Assembly: GCA_036630325.1 (NCBI GenBank)
Contig: CP142730.1
Span: 868,001-932,000, forward strand
Reading direction: 5' to 3'
Length of the DNA: 64,000 bases
From: Vairimorpha necatrix
Taxonomy: Eukaryota
Part shown: positions 43,645-56,312 of the stretch, in pieces
Numbering within the stretch: position 1 is the first letter of the stretch
Layout of the letters: the number at the start of each line of letters is the position of its first letter
Program-made: the position numbers and the translations under genes
Notes under the pieces: generated by a model
What the model was told of the DNA's origin: nothing
The model's input: the letters and a program-made list of their open reading frames with translations, nothing else
Databases searched by the model: none

Positions 43645-46600
43645 TTATGCAAATATAGACTTAAATTTCGGGTCAAATATCCCATAAAATATGCTCAGTT
43701 TTCTGCTCATCTCACTATCCCCATCATATTTATTATACCACTTCATCATACTAGTCAATACACAGTGTATGACACTCAGAGATTTAAATAAATCCACAGA
43801 CCTTATTTTATTCTCATTCACTATTTTCTGGACATTTTTCCCATTATAAAAGTCCAGTAAGTACGAGTTCTTAGGCGAGTCAAGACAAGGCACTTGTAAG
43901 AAAGACAAGATAGTGTGGATATTCCTCTTAGAATACATTTGTAGTCCCTTGAGTACGGGGCTGTACAAAGAAGAAGACGAGATTATTGACTGGTTGTTTA
44001 TATTTTTGATAAAAGCGTAGACTGAAGAATCAAGAGGAGGAAGGACATGCTCAGACTCGAGAAGAAGAGGCCTGATCTCGAAGAGATGAGAAAGAGTGTT
44101 CATGAAGACTGAGGGCTCTAAGTTCACGAGGTTGTTTTCTAAAAGAAGGGCCAAAATGAAGATTGGGGGATCAGAGTCCCTGTTTGAGATTATGAGGTCA
44201 TTCAAGTAGCTTTCCTTATGGAAATATTCCTCAAGGATTTTCATCTGTGAGTCCACGAGGTTTCTTCTAAGATCTTCACTGGTAAAAATATTCGCCAGGT
44301 CGTAATTTATTTTATTAATAGACAGTCCTTTTATATTTTCCTCTATATTTCTCATATCTTGTTCACCTCCGCTTACTTCTTTTTCTTCGTGGGAGAATGT
44401 CTGCTCTAAAAGAGGGTATTTTATCAAAGATTCCTTTATATCAAATCCTATGAAGCTTGTATTTGTGTACGTATACACCCCTTTTATATTTGGCAACTGA
44501 GACACCATAAGATTCTGCACTCTTCTCTGAGGGATCCCCATAAACACCACATTTCCTATAGTGTCAAATCCTCGTCTTCCTGCTCGTCCGGCCATCTGCT
44601 TAAAATTCAAAGGGTCCAATAAAAGACTGTCCCCTGCGAAGACCACTGTCCTACAAGGCATATTTATCCCAAGTGCCAGGGTGTCTGTCGCAAACAAGAC
44701 CCTTAAATGTTTATGCCTAAATAATATCTCTGCTACATTCCTATATTTCTTATTTAATTGTTCATGATGCACTCCTATGCCCCTGTAAAACATGTCTACA
44801 AATTCATGCTTAGTATTCTTTATATATTTCGTCTCTTCTTCTAATTCGTAGTCTGTCACTTTTGTCATTGGATCTAAATATGAGAACTTTATATTTTTCT
44901 TGTCTGTTTTGTATTCAAAATTCTTCTCTGCTTCTAGTGACTCATTAATCCACGAATCTTTAGATTTTTCCTGGTCTCTGGTCCTTTTGTGTTCCTTTTT
45001 TATTTTATTAATTTCCTTGTCTTTTTTTATTTCTTTATCTTTTGTTTCTAAATTTTTATAAACTTTCAAGGCCATTTTGTTTATAAAATCCCTGTCTGTA
45101 TTGAAAATTATACAGGGCAACATGTCTTTATCTTTTAAGTCATCCAGTAGGGTGTTTATATTTTCCAAAATGTAAGATTCAGAATATTCCGGGATATTTT
45201 CAAAGGCCTTTTTAGATTCCTTAGTTTGTAGTTTGTAGATCTTTTTTACTTGTTTTTCTCCTAATTCATTATTTTTTATTAATTCTTCAAAATATTTCAG
45301 AAGATAATTCTGGTACTCTTTTATATTTTTCCTTGTTAATATGTTTGATTTGAAGAATCTTTCTGGTACCAAAGGGTACAGTAATTCCTTCTGTTTCTGG
45401 TTTAGTACTAGACATAAGGAATCAAATAAAGATAATAATTCCTCAGGCAGGAAGTTTATATCGTTTCCAAATCCGAATTTCTTAATATGATCGTAAGAAT
45501 AAGAAAAGAGGTTATTAATTGGGACTATCTTCTCAGAGTAAACAAAAGGCTTTAGATCTGCGTATCTCGTAGAATGCGACACAAGTTCGCATTCTCGATT
45601 TTTAGATTTTTCTATTCTTGAGACCCAGTCATAAAACCCTTCTAAATTTCCCAATGTAGCACTGAGCACTAGTAAAGGACAAGGGCTTAAATGGATTATT
45701 CTTTCTATAGGACTTCCCATTTCTTCTGAGCTTATTTTGTGTACTTCGTCAATAATAATATATTTAATCTTAGGCAATAAATTCTCAGGCGGGGAATTTA
45801 GAAGGGATTCTAAAAGAGACGGGATTGTTATGAGGACTTGACAATTATAAGGATTTGTAATGAAATCTTTCATTAATAATCCCTGTATGTGAGTCTTGAC
45901 ATTTAATTTAGGCGCGAATCGCGCGTAAATATCTGCCGAGACTTGATTGGCCAGTGCCTTCGTAGGGAGGCAGAAGATGACCATGTCTTTGTCACTGGTC
46001 CTTAATATTTTCTCTATGGCGTAAAAACAGATGAATGTTTTCCCCGAACTTGTAGGGGCTGCAATGATCGCACTCTTGTTCTCGTCGACTAGATCGAGAA
46101 GGCGTCTCTGCCAGGCGTCTGGCTCAAATAAAACACGGGGGTCTTTTTTAGATCCTAAATTTCTCTTGAGTTTGTCTCCTGTGTATTTTAATTGGAAACA
46201 AATGTCGTAGTCACTTGGTTTGGAGGTGTCCTCAGTAAAGAATTCCAAATTTAACTTATATTCTTCATTATTAATATCTTTTGTATTATGTTTGAATATT
46301 TTGTCTTGTTTGGTTATTTTCTTGTCCTCTGTTTTTTTCTTGGTTTTTGCTTTGTCTACACTACTAGTCTTTTCTTTGTCATCCTCTAATTCTTCACTCA
46401 AATCTTCTTTAGATTCTTCATTCAAATCTTCACTGGATTTTTCTAGTTTTGTCTCAATGATCTCGTGTACTGTCGCCTCAAATCCACAATCTATAAGTTT
46501 CTGCAGTACAAATTCCGTCTCTTCATTTTTGTCCAAATATTTCTCGCAATATTCTAAACATGCCAAATAACAGGGTACAATTTTCTTCTCGTCGCAATCT

Positions 46601-47904
46601 TCGCTTCTCTTCTCTAAATTCCATATATCTGAGTAATACTCTATTTTTAATAATAAAATCCTCTTATAAATCGACTCATTATTTGTTACTACATTTTCTA
46701 ATAAAAACTTCTTATTCTGGGAATCAGAATTTCTATATTTTATATAGAAATTTCTAAGCCATAAATTGTCTTGTTCTTTCTGTTTCTCTTCTAATCTGAT
46801 TTTATTTTGATTTATTATTTCTTGTTGTTTTTTGGAAATCTTGGATATTTTAGAAGGTTTGGATTTTATAATTGGGGCGAAAAGAAGTTTACCATTAAAA
46901 AGGGATTCAGCGGATTTCTGAATATTTTTTAAATGGATTAAATTTGACTTTTCGTTTAAAGATTTCGCGGAGACGAGAAAATCAAGTTCAACTTTCTCAG
47001 GAATAAATTTCTTTAAGCCAGTGGGATTTAACTTATTATTGTCTGAAACTGTATTATTCTTAGTAGATAACATATTGTTGAGATTTACACTATTTATATC
47101 AGTACTAGCACCAAGAAGCAATCGACCATCAAATTTGAAAATAAAGTCTTCTTGACTTTGTTTGCTTTGTACAACAAATTCGTACAATAATTCAACAAAC
47201 TCGACACTAAGATATTTCTCATTAACTGAGAAAATCTTATCATCCATTTCAAAATCAAACATCTCTTCTATTTTTTGAAGATCGAGAGACTTACTAAAAT
47301 TCAGAATTTCATGCTGAATTTTCTCCTTCACTTTGTTTATGCTAAATTTAAAATTTTCATTTAATAAATAATTATTAAAAATATCTTCATCATTATTTCT
47401 AATACTTAAAGGATTAAAAACAAATGTATAAATAAACGGAATTCTAATTTCTAAATTATCTAAAACTCCTACGTATAAATTTTTAAAAGCACATTTGTAT
47501 AAAAAATCAAGACTTTTTAGAGAACTGTCGCCTAAAACTAGGGCAACTCTCTCATTTTTTATAAAATCATTTAGTTCTGAAATTTGTTTGCAAACAAACA
47601 AACTCTTAATAAACTCTATGCAAATTTTAGAAAAACAGTCTAAATCTGTATAATCAAAGAAAATAGAAATATCTTCAAACCCACTAGATCTTAAATTTGA
47701 TATTAAAAAATTGAAACCATGAAATATGGTGTGTAGAGGTAAAGTTCTTATATCTAAATTGTATGTGGTACAGATGTAGGAAATCAAGCCATTGCCGTGG
47801 ATTACTAAGTGGCCGATACCAGTAAATTGTAAGGTAATGTTTGTAAAAGAAGGGATTTCTGATTTGAAATATTTTAAAAAATCTTTATCATTTTCAGCTA
47901 CCAT
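43645..47904 (-). CDS. Ski2-like DEVH-box RNA helicase, DDX60-like
   Basis: F.PDAWQ..LLD, APTSSGKTF, PTKALANQ, DEVH, SAT, GIGVHH, AT.TLALGINMPC, QMAGRAGRRGFD. Long N-terminal extension as in the DDX60 family. Confidence 0.92.
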   Translation of the reverse strand: MVAENDKDFLKYFKSEIPSFTNITLQFTGIGHLVIHGNGLISYICTTYNLDIRTLPLHTIFHGFNFLISNLRSSGFEDISIFFDYTDLDCFSKICIEFIKSLFVCKQISELNDFIKNERVALVLGDSSLKSLDFLYKCAFKNLYVGVLDNLEIRIPFIYTFVFNPLSIRNNDEDIFNNYLLNENFKFSINKVKEKIQHEILNFSKSLDLQKIEEMFDFEMDDKIFSVNEKYLSVEFVELLYEFVVQSKQSQEDFIFKFDGRLLLGASTDINSVNLNNMLSTKNNTVSDNNKLNPTGLKKFIPEKVELDFLVSAKSLNEKSNLIHLKNIQKSAESLFNGKLLFAPIIKSKPSKISKISKKQQEIINQNKIRLEEKQKEQDNLWLRNFYIKYRNSDSQNKKFLLENVVTNNESIYKRILLLKIEYYSDIWNLEKRSEDCDEKKIVPCYLACLEYCEKYLDKNEETEFVLQKLIDCGFEATVHEIIETKLEKSSEDLNEESKEDLSEELEDDKEKTSSVDKAKTKKKTEDKKITKQDKIFKHNTKDINNEEYKLNLEFFTEDTSKPSDYDICFQLKYTGDKLKRNLGSKKDPRVLFEPDAWQRRLLDLVDENKSAIIAAPTSSGKTFICFYAIEKILRTSDKDMVIFCLPTKALANQVSADIYARFAPKLNVKTHIQGLLMKDFITNPYNCQVLITIPSLLESLLNSPPENLLPKIKYIIIDEVHKISSEEMGSPIERIIHLSPCPLLVLSATLGNLEGFYDWVSRIEKSKNRECELVSHSTRYADLKPFVYSEKIVPINNLFSYSYDHIKKFGFGNDINFLPEELLSLFDSLCLVLNQKQKELLYPLVPERFFKSNILTRKNIKEYQNYLLKYFEELIKNNELGEKQVKKIYKLQTKESKKAFENIPEYSESYILENINTLLDDLKDKDMLPCIIFNTDRDFINKMALKVYKNLETKDKEIKKDKEINKIKKEHKRTRDQEKSKDSWINESLEAEKNFEYKTDKKNIKFSYLDPMTKVTDYELEEETKYIKNTKHEFVDMFYRGIGVHHEQLNKKYRNVAEILFRHKHLRVLFATDTLALGINMPCRTVVFAGDSLLLDPLNFKQMAGRAGRRGFDTIGNVVFMGIPQRRVQNLMVSQLPNIKGVYTYTNTSFIGFDIKESLIKYPLLEQTFSHEEKEVSGGEQDMRNIEENIKGLSINKINYDLANIFTSEDLRRNLVDSQMKILEEYFHKESYLNDLIISNRDSDPPIFILALLLENNLVNLEPSVFMNTLSHLFEIRPLLLESEHVLPPLDSSVYAFIKNINNQSIISSSSLYSPVLKGLQMYSKRNIHTILSFLQVPCLDSPKNSYLLDFYNGKNVQKIVNENKIRSVDLFKSLSVIHCVLTSMMKWYNKYDGDSEMSRKLSIFYGIFDPKFKSIFA

Positions 47905-48243
47905 TTTGGGGGTAAAAAAATGTGCATAAATTTACAAAATGAAGATCCAATGAAAAAAGATTTGAAAATTTATTTATGATTTTTGAGAAATGTCAGAGAA
48001 AATATGAAAAAGAAAACATTGTATTTTCAATAAAGAGTATATAATGAGACAAAAAATTAGAAATTTAGAAATAAGTTCTTCACATGACATATTTTATCTA
48101 GACTTGCTCATTTTAATATTTTTTAATTAGTCTTCTATTTTTAAATTAAAAAATGTCATTTTATTAATTTATTTTCTATTTATTATTGTTTTGTGTCAAT
48201 TTGTTTATTTTTAATATGTGAAAAAAACAATAATATTACTATA

Positions 48244-49275
48244 ATGATATTTTTTCCTCTACTCTTCATTACTGCCGAAATATTCAAAGTAAAATACCTA
48301 AATATGGACGATAACCCTCTTAGTAAATTTAAATTTGATAGACGGAAGTTTAAATTAAATGTAGATAATAAAAAATTTATCTTTACTAATGGATCAAAAA
48401 ACTACATAACAAATCCATGTGTTTTCACGCTAGAACAAGAAGATTCTTTTGGATATTTGCGTATTTGCGATGAATATTTAGGTCTAATCTGTACACTAAA
48501 AGAATGTTGGAAACTTGAAAGTACCAAAGATACAGATCCTTATAGTGTAAAAATCGACAAATATTCATTAAATAAAGTGACAGCTAATTTCGAAAACTTT
48601 TATAAGTCAGAAATAACTAATATTAGTAAAAAACTGAGTGATGACGGGCTTATTATAAAAAATGAACTAAGGCTTGTCGATAAAAAAATTTTACAACTAA
48701 AAATAGCACTAATAAATGATTACGATAGATACAAAAGTCTAAATAAAAAGGCAAATGACGAAACATTAGAAATATTTGATATGACGAGAAAAATTTTAAA
48801 CAGTTTAAAATTCAAAGATTTTATGGTCGACATCTTCTTGTCGATAAATCTTAACAGGACGACATCAAATTTAATATCCAGCAAGTTAAAAGATCCACTT
48901 ACAACTCTTGAGTCTAAAATATCAAAAATAAAAAGTATAAATAATAAATTGTACGATAGTGATTTGATTATCTTAATAACAAATGATAAATTTAATGATA
49001 GAGAAGGAATGAGTTATTTAAATGGATTAGAAGACAGAGAGACAAAATACATAATTGTAAACCTTGATCAGGAAGATACAATATTTTATAAAGCCAAAGT
49101 TTTAGTACATGAGATTTTACACACACTTGGAAGTTCACATGATGAAGAAGGAGATGGATTTTTGATGGATAAAAATTTTTTAGATAAAAATGATAAAAAA
49201 GTCTTGTTGAGTGAGAAGTCTGTAAAAGATATTGAGAAATTTGTGATTAAAAACAAAAAACGATTATTTAAATAA
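48244..49275 (+). CDS. Secreted zinc metalloprotease, metzincin (reprolysin/ADAM M12B-like)
   Basis: HEILHTLGSSHD zinc motif, followed by a Met-turn (GFLM). Hydrophobic N-terminus from ATG 48244. Confidence 0.88.
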   Translation: MIFFPLLFITAEIFKVKYLNMDDNPLSKFKFDRRKFKLNVDNKKFIFTNGSKNYITNPCVFTLEQEDSFGYLRICDEYLGLICTLKECWKLESTKDTDPYSVKIDKYSLNKVTANFENFYKSEITNISKKLSDDGLIIKNELRLVDKKILQLKIALINDYDRYKSLNKKANDETLEIFDMTRKILNSLKFKDFMVDIFLSINLNRTTSNLISSKLKDPLTTLESKISKIKSINNKLYDSDLIILITNDKFNDREGMSYLNGLEDRETKYIIVNLDQEDTIFYKAKVLVHEILHTLGSSHDEEGDGFLMDKNFLDKNDKKVLLSEKSVKDIEKFVIKNKKRLFK

Positions 49276-50598
49276 AATATGATATATTAATAAAAAAACT
49301 AATTTATAATAAATCTCAAAAAATTTTAATTTTTTTTCCAAAATATAATTGTTTAAAGATAAGCAGCTTAAATTAAATGTAAAATCTTTTTATGAATACA
49401 TTAAAAAATATATTTAACGAATTTAGGTAACAATAATTTTAATTAGTCACGCCATTTTAGACATGCGAAGAAATCATAATAGAACTTTTATATAAAAAAT
49501 ATTATGTGTGTGGCTGTAAAAATGAAATGTCAAGATAAATATGATTTGAACACTTTGTCGTTGTAAGTCTTATATCTTGTCTTTAGTTTGAATAAACATG
49601 AAGGTATCAAAGAAAACTAAACCCAAAAAAATTAGAAATTTAATTAATAAATCATTATTAGGACATTCGCATAAATTTTACATTTCCCATGTCGTATTGT
49701 TGTTTATGTGATCCATAAATATCTATCTAAAATAAAACAAGCCAAATTTGTTAGAAATCTTAAACGCATTTATTGAGTTTTTGCCAAATGTTGATATTTT
49801 TTTATTAATTTTATCAAGCAAAAAAAATATGTTATTGGGCATAGAAAAAGGATCAATAGTTAATTTCTTAATTTTTAAAAAAATTTATAAAAACATTCAA
49901 TGGTTTTTTATACTAAAAATCATTTTTTGTTTTCACAAAATCAAGAAAACATAGCATGTATTATCCAAAAAACTAAATCGTATAAATAATTTTTTTTTCA
50001 TTTCAAAAATTCGGCATCGCAGTAGCTTCAAATCTTAAGGTACTTTTTTTGATATGATTTGATTTACAGAAAGAATATATAAATTATTCTGTTTGATACC
50101 ATTACGCAGGACTTTGTTTGGTATAAGAGAACCAAGATCAAAAATTTGTTTTATCTGTGTCGCACAAAACATGACTTTTCCCGATCTGACGTAGAACATG
50201 TCAAAATATTTTTAATCAAATATGAAAATACGATCGCAATTGCACAAATCGAGTTGTTAAATTGGAAGTTTTGTTGTGTCACATTAAAATCTATAAATTT
50301 TTATTATTTTAAACAGATGTTATATTTTAATATTTGAGGCTAAAAAATTTAACTAGTTTTCATCGTAAAAGTTTTAATAGTAAAGTATAATTTCAATCTA
50401 TGTGGTGTAAAACAACCACGTATAAACATTTAATTTTTTTATTTTCAATCGGCTTTAGTAATTAACTTGTTAAAAAATAATTTTAAAACTTTTTACTATT
50501 ACATTTAGAAATTTTACATTATAATTTTTTTACTATTACAAAGATAATTTTTATATTGTAATTTTTGTATATCGTTAACAATTTTATAGTTTCTTAAA

Positions 50599-51330
50599 TT
50601 AATAATACAAAATTTTATTTAAACCCCAAATTACAACAATAAAACCCATTATTATTGAACTCATCATAAACATCGTAGTATATTTATAGTCAAGCATTTT
50701 GTCTACAATACTATTATTATTATTCTTTCCTTGTATTTCATAAATGTGTTTTATATTATCAAGAAGTAATTCATATTCACCATTTCTAATAATTTGATCG
50801 AGCAATAGATCGTTTTTTTCATTTGTTTTAGTATTCACTAATTTATAAATTGTTTGTTTAACATCATTTTGATTGAGTTCCTTTACGCAAAAATGTACAA
50901 AAATCAACGCTTTCCAGAGATTTCTAACACGATTACCAAGATCATATACTAAGATATAAGCCGCAATTTCCTTGCCAAAGCGCTTTCTTTTGTCATAAAT
51001 TTCATACAGAACATCCAAAAATGACTCAAAGGTCATATCGTCTCTATATATTTCATATTCAACCCCATAAGTCTCTTCCGACCCTATTGATTTCATTTTT
51101 ATTGGAAAAGTCATTTTGTCTAACAAACTCTCAAACATCATTTTTATCAAATTTACTTCTTCTCCCAGATTAAATTTTTTAGAATTGTATTGTACATTGT
51201 CTTTTAAAGCCAATTTGCCGAAATTCGTTAAAACTTTATGAATTTCTTCAGTGGATATTCCCATATTATTTGTATTGCTTGCTTTCGTTTTTTGCACATA
51301 CCAAATAAATATTAAAGAAATCAATAACAT
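50599..51330 (-). CDS. Hypothetical protein with signal peptide and C-terminal TM segment
   Basis: 243-aa ORF, CCCC before ATG, hydrophobic termini. Confidence 0.8.
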   Translation of the reverse strand: MLLISLIFIWYVQKTKASNTNNMGISTEEIHKVLTNFGKLALKDNVQYNSKKFNLGEEVNLIKMMFESLLDKMTFPIKMKSIGSEETYGVEYEIYRDDMTFESFLDVLYEIYDKRKRFGKEIAAYILVYDLGNRVRNLWKALIFVHFCVKELNQNDVKQTIYKLVNTKTNEKNDLLLDQIIRNGEYELLLDNIKHIYEIQGKNNNNSIVDKMLDYKYTTMFMMSSIIMGFIVVIWGLNKILYY

Positions 51331-53436
51331 ATTATGGGGTCATAATTTTTTTTATTATTAGTCTGATAATATATTTTTTGCTTTATTTATGAAATTTGCA
51401 GTTTAGGTTTTTTTGGTAAATCTGTATATTATTTGTTTACAAAACAATATACCCCTCGTTATATTAAAAACCTTTAGTATCAAATATTATAAATTTGGGA
51501 ATTTCTTAATCATTAGCAGTTATTATAAGAAAAAATATTTGACGTGTATGTAATTTTGGTTTTGTTTATTTTATAATATCGATTACACGGTGGATTATTA
51601 TATTTTTTTTCTCATCGACACTATCAAACATGCCGTCTCCTCTTTTCAACACCAAAAGATGTTCTCTAGCAATTCATGAATCGTAATCTCTTTAATATAA
51701 GATTCATTTGTCTAGAATCTCCAAAGATATCTTGTAATTTGCTACATCGCTCAATTTGGACATGTGGAATAATCATATAATGTTTATCCATGCAACGCCC
51801 AATTTCTATCAGCAATTGTTTTGTTTTTTCGATAATGTGATATTAATATGAAATCATGTATTTTTGCTATTTCAAATGACCAAGTTTAGCTTTGTACATA
51901 GTATTTTAAGCTATAGGTCATTGTAGTTTTATTCCTAATATGAAGAATTAGTATGAGTATTTTTCAATATAAAGCTTGCATCAAAAAATTAACTTTTTTA
52001 TGGACGATAATCGACATACACAATTTTTTTTTAGAAGAAGGAACTGTATAAAAAAATTTCCAATAGTGAACATTAGAAAAAATAATATTTACATCAACAA
52101 AAACTTTTTTACGCAGTTGAAAACTTTTAAAAGAACATTAAAATCCATTTAATGTATTTATGAATCATAAACAAATTTAATCATGTCGTAGTAATAAAAT
52201 TCTATAAAATAAAATATTAATAAAAATATAATATGTATTATTAAATATTGTATTACTCAGATTATTTTAAATAGCAGGTTATTTTGAATTAGTTGATTTA
52301 TGATATCTTAGATATTTTTAGCCTAACGTTTTAAAGTATATTTTGATATTTATGTATAAGCTCTAAAACTATAATGCCTCAATTTCTTGCGCAAAACTTT
52401 TAGAAGTCGACATCTCAGTGTTTGCAATTTAGATAGCCAAGTCCTCCAACTCAAAGGTCTTTAATTTGAAAAATATAAATTCTCGAGTCTTCTAATTCTA
52501 AATTATGAACGGCAAGAGATTTAGTTTCTTAAATATATCATGTATTTTGTATTTATTCATAAAACATGTTTCTATGCAATTCTTTTTTTTTAATAAAATT
52601 GAAAAAAATTTGCAAAAAAAAATCATACTTATGTAATGATATTATTTTTAATGTAAAAATACAAGCAAATAAAAGAACAATTTATATTATAAAAATAAAG
52701 AGAATACAGTATTAAAAATCTAATTTATTTTTCAAACACAAAATTTTCTAGAGCATATTAATCGCCAATTAAGTTTTATAAAAGTCTTAAAATACAAAGA
52801 TGTATTAGTGACGAAGGCGTAATTATGTCGAGGGGCGAATATTCGAAGTATTAACACAATAATTATAAACACACAGAGATGATGCAAGAGATAACTAATC
52901 TATAAATTTTTATATTATGCGAGATACAACTCAAAATCGAAAAAAAAGACTCTAACACAAATAGTAATATGTCAATAGGTTCAAAAAATTTCAATTCCAT
53001 AATATAATACTCTCATATTGTAAATTATTTTTTACATAAAGCGAAATCCCTTTGATTTGAAGTAGATTTGTTGTCGTAATAAACCGATTAAAAAAGTGTA
53101 TTAGGCAAATCAACTGGGTCTTAATCCTATTATATAATATGCATGATTGATAATGTAAGTTACTTATTTTTATTATTATAAATTTATCAAAAATATATGC
53201 CGTTAAACAAATTGTTTCCCGCATACACACCAACCTCCTGGCAAGGACAATAAGTTTTTTTTATATAATTCAAATGAAGTTCTCAAATAAGTTTTTTATG
53301 TATATGGATTTTATTTTTAATTTTTATTATTGAATTTTTATTTTAATATGAATTAATAGAAAACCGTTATTAATTTATTTTTTAACGGTATTAGTTATTT
53401 TTCTTATTTATTTAATTTTTTAATACCCCCTTTAAA

Positions 53437-55473
53437 ATGATAAACTCATTAGTCTACAAATATTACAGATCTTTAAACTGTAAAATCCAGAATGATTTTT
53501 TAATTGACAAACTTGGATCTACTAATATTTTCATTCTTCAAACTGACAATTCTTTTGCTATTTACGACATAGAGAAACTTAACACTCTTTTTATTGGTCC
53601 ATACATTTCAGAAATGAATGATATGTATTTTTATGGTGATATCTTATACATTACTAGTAACGAGAAGCTTTTATTGTACAAAAGAGGAGTTTTAATTTAC
53701 ACACTAAAATATGAAGAAAAGATCAAATATGTGCGGAGGTTAGGAAATATTTTATTTGTAGTCTTTTTAAGTGGCCAAATGAATATTTACGACATATTAC
53801 TGACTTATTCAGAAGACATGGCACTAAATTGTCATACTGAAGAAATAGGTAGGTTAGAAGATGTCATAAATATCCACCACCCTATGACATATATCAACAA
53901 ATTTGTAGTAGAACAAAAAGATCAAATAATTATTTACAACTTTATAAAGAAAAAGATCGTGTATCAGCTCAAAAATATACAGCCCGGGTACATTAAAATC
54001 ATAGATACTAAAACTATCGACCTTATAGGAGTTTTATATGAAGATAAAATCGATATAATAAATTTAAAACAAGATAAAATTCTGTACACACTTGACATTT
54101 CAACTGAGCTAAAAAATCAAAAAAATTTTATAAATCTTGATTTCTCCGATGATAAACTTTTATATGTGAAAGATGAAACACTTCATGTCTTTGACTTGAT
54201 GAACAAATACAAAATCCTTAGTAAAGACGGTGTACAAAATGCGAAATTTATAGACAATCAATATTTATTAGTTAGTACTGGTACTGAAATATCAATATGT
54301 GATATAAACAACTCTAAAATCAATATAATAAAAAATAAAATCCTCAATGTACCAGAAATTAGAGGACTAGATGTTATTAATAATAAGAACATTGTCATAA
54401 TATCTGATAATTCGGTGATTAGATACAATTTATACAATGATAATGACACTATGAAAATAGAAATTAATAAACATTCTACAATTCTAGATAAATTTAATGA
54501 TAATAAAAATTCGACGAAACTTGAGAAATTTTCTGTAGATAAAAATAATGTAGTCTGTTATAAATATAATACATTGTACAGAGTAGATTTATTAAATAAT
54601 AGATCTGAGACACTTTTAAGACATAAAATAGGGAATATGAGTTTATATAGAGATAGAGTTCTATTTTTGACTGAAAAATGTAATATAATGAACATTAACA
54701 GTAAACTTATACATTATAAATTGGATAAAAGATATGAAAATGTGCGATATCACAAAGATTATGTAATTTCTTACACAGATAACAAAGTCAATGTACTAAA
54801 CTACATTACTAAAAAAGAATATGAGATTGAAATATCTGATATTATAAAAATAGATATAAAAGAAGAGTTTGTTTGTATACAAACAAAATCTTCTTTGCTA
54901 TTTTATAATTTTGATGAGACAGTATATTTTAGAAAATATTCCATATCTAATATTTTAGACTGGGATATCAATAATAAAACTCTCTGTATATTACAAGAGT
55001 CCAAAGTTCTAATATACGAAATTATAAGTAATCTTCTTATAGATGAAATTTCTACTAAATCTAAAATGAAGTTTATTAGATTTAGTAGAGACAACTTTTT
55101 TATTGTTTTAGTGTCAGAAATCGATGAGATTTTGCTACTGTGCACTAAAGTCTACCAAGTTGACCAATATGATCATTTTGAAGATAATATCAATCTTGAT
55201 ATGTTAAATTTAGAATCAAATCCAGTATCAGCAAATTGGAATATTAATGAAATATTCAATATTAAATATAATGAATTTAGTATTAACGACTTGTTAGATG
55301 ATATAATCTTTAACTTAGAGGATGATTATATAAGATATAATTTACTTCTTAATAAAGTTCTTAAGAAATATTATAAGGAAATAGACAAAGGCAAGCTAAG
55401 GGAGATATATGAAAAATATATAGTAATTAGTGATAAATACACTGAGAATTATATAAGATGCATTAAATATTAA
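53437..55473 (+). CDS. Divergent WD40 beta-propeller protein, Utp21/WDR36-like
   Basis: HPMTYINK matches the Utp21 HP.TY.NK motif. N-terminal F.IYD..KLN.LF. Beta-rich repeats. CCCCC before ATG. Confidence 0.75.
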   Translation: MINSLVYKYYRSLNCKIQNDFLIDKLGSTNIFILQTDNSFAIYDIEKLNTLFIGPYISEMNDMYFYGDILYITSNEKLLLYKRGVLIYTLKYEEKIKYVRRLGNILFVVFLSGQMNIYDILLTYSEDMALNCHTEEIGRLEDVINIHHPMTYINKFVVEQKDQIIIYNFIKKKIVYQLKNIQPGYIKIIDTKTIDLIGVLYEDKIDIINLKQDKILYTLDISTELKNQKNFINLDFSDDKLLYVKDETLHVFDLMNKYKILSKDGVQNAKFIDNQYLLVSTGTEISICDINNSKINIIKNKILNVPEIRGLDVINNKNIVIISDNSVIRYNLYNDNDTMKIEINKHSTILDKFNDNKNSTKLEKFSVDKNNVVCYKYNTLYRVDLLNNRSETLLRHKIGNMSLYRDRVLFLTEKCNIMNINSKLIHYKLDKRYENVRYHKDYVISYTDNKVNVLNYITKKEYEIEISDIIKIDIKEEFVCIQTKSSLLFYNFDETVYFRKYSISNILDWDINNKTLCILQESKVLIYEIISNLLIDEISTKSKMKFIRFSRDNFFIVLVSEIDEILLLCTKVYQVDQYDHFEDNINLDMLNLESNPVSANWNINEIFNIKYNEFSINDLLDDIIFNLEDDYIRYNLLLNKVLKKYYKEIDKGKLREIYEKYIVISDKYTENYIRCIKY

Positions 55474-55655
55474 AAAAATGCGTTATTAATTCATAAACTA
55501 AAATAAATTTAAGTTTAAAAGTCGTTATTAATTTATTTAAAATGAATTTAAAAAAGTAATAAACAAATTTTATATATTTTTTTATGATTAAATGAAATTT
55601 GATAAATTTATTTTTTTCCCCTACTTGTTTTTAAATCTCTTATTTTTCTTAGCCC

Positions 55656-56312
55656 ATGTCCGATCTCGGCTATAATCCATCATCTCCCAAGAAAGAATAC
55701 ACTGGTATAAAAACTATAAGATCTCTGACTATTAAACAATTACAATCTGCTGAACACGAAGAAGGCTCTACTGTCATGTACGTAGACAATAAAGAATTGA
55801 CAACATTCAGACTTATAGGATGGACTTGTAGTGTCAAAACCACTAACACTGGCAAAGTCTTTATATTAGAAGACGGGACTAGTGAAATTGAGTGCACAAT
55901 GTGGTCAAATAAAACATACGAAGAATATCTTGCAAATCTTATAGAAGATGGCTTATTTATCAAAGTGACTGGTACTCTGAAAGAATATTTAGGCAAGAAA
56001 AGTGTAAATGTCACTAGTCTTTATGTTATCGAGGATTATAATGAAATGTTGTACCACATGGCTTCATCTGTGAAGGAGCATCTTATGAAAAAAGACGTGC
56101 CTGTGACAAATGACTTGCTGAAAATACAGAAAGATATTCTTGAATGTATAAGAAATAATCAAGACGATGACACAGGACTGCCTATAAACATTATACTTAA
56201 ATGTCTACAGAACGAATATAATGAAAGAATGATAAGAGAAAATATTGATTTTTTAGTTGATAATTGCCACCTTATCATGGCCGACGACGGAGGATATAAA
56301 ACTGTTAATTAA
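55656..56312 (+). CDS. RPA2: Replication protein A 32-kDa subunit
   Basis: IRSLTIKQL, OB-fold LEDGTSEIEC..W, V.G.LK, DYNEM.YH, C-terminal winged helix. CCC-ATG. Confidence 0.93.
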   Translation: MSDLGYNPSSPKKEYTGIKTIRSLTIKQLQSAEHEEGSTVMYVDNKELTTFRLIGWTCSVKTTNTGKVFILEDGTSEIECTMWSNKTYEEYLANLIEDGLFIKVTGTLKEYLGKKSVNVTSLYVIEDYNEMLYHMASSVKEHLMKKDVPVTNDLLKIQKDILECIRNNQDDDTGLPINIILKCLQNEYNERMIRENIDFLVDNCHLIMADDGGYKTVN

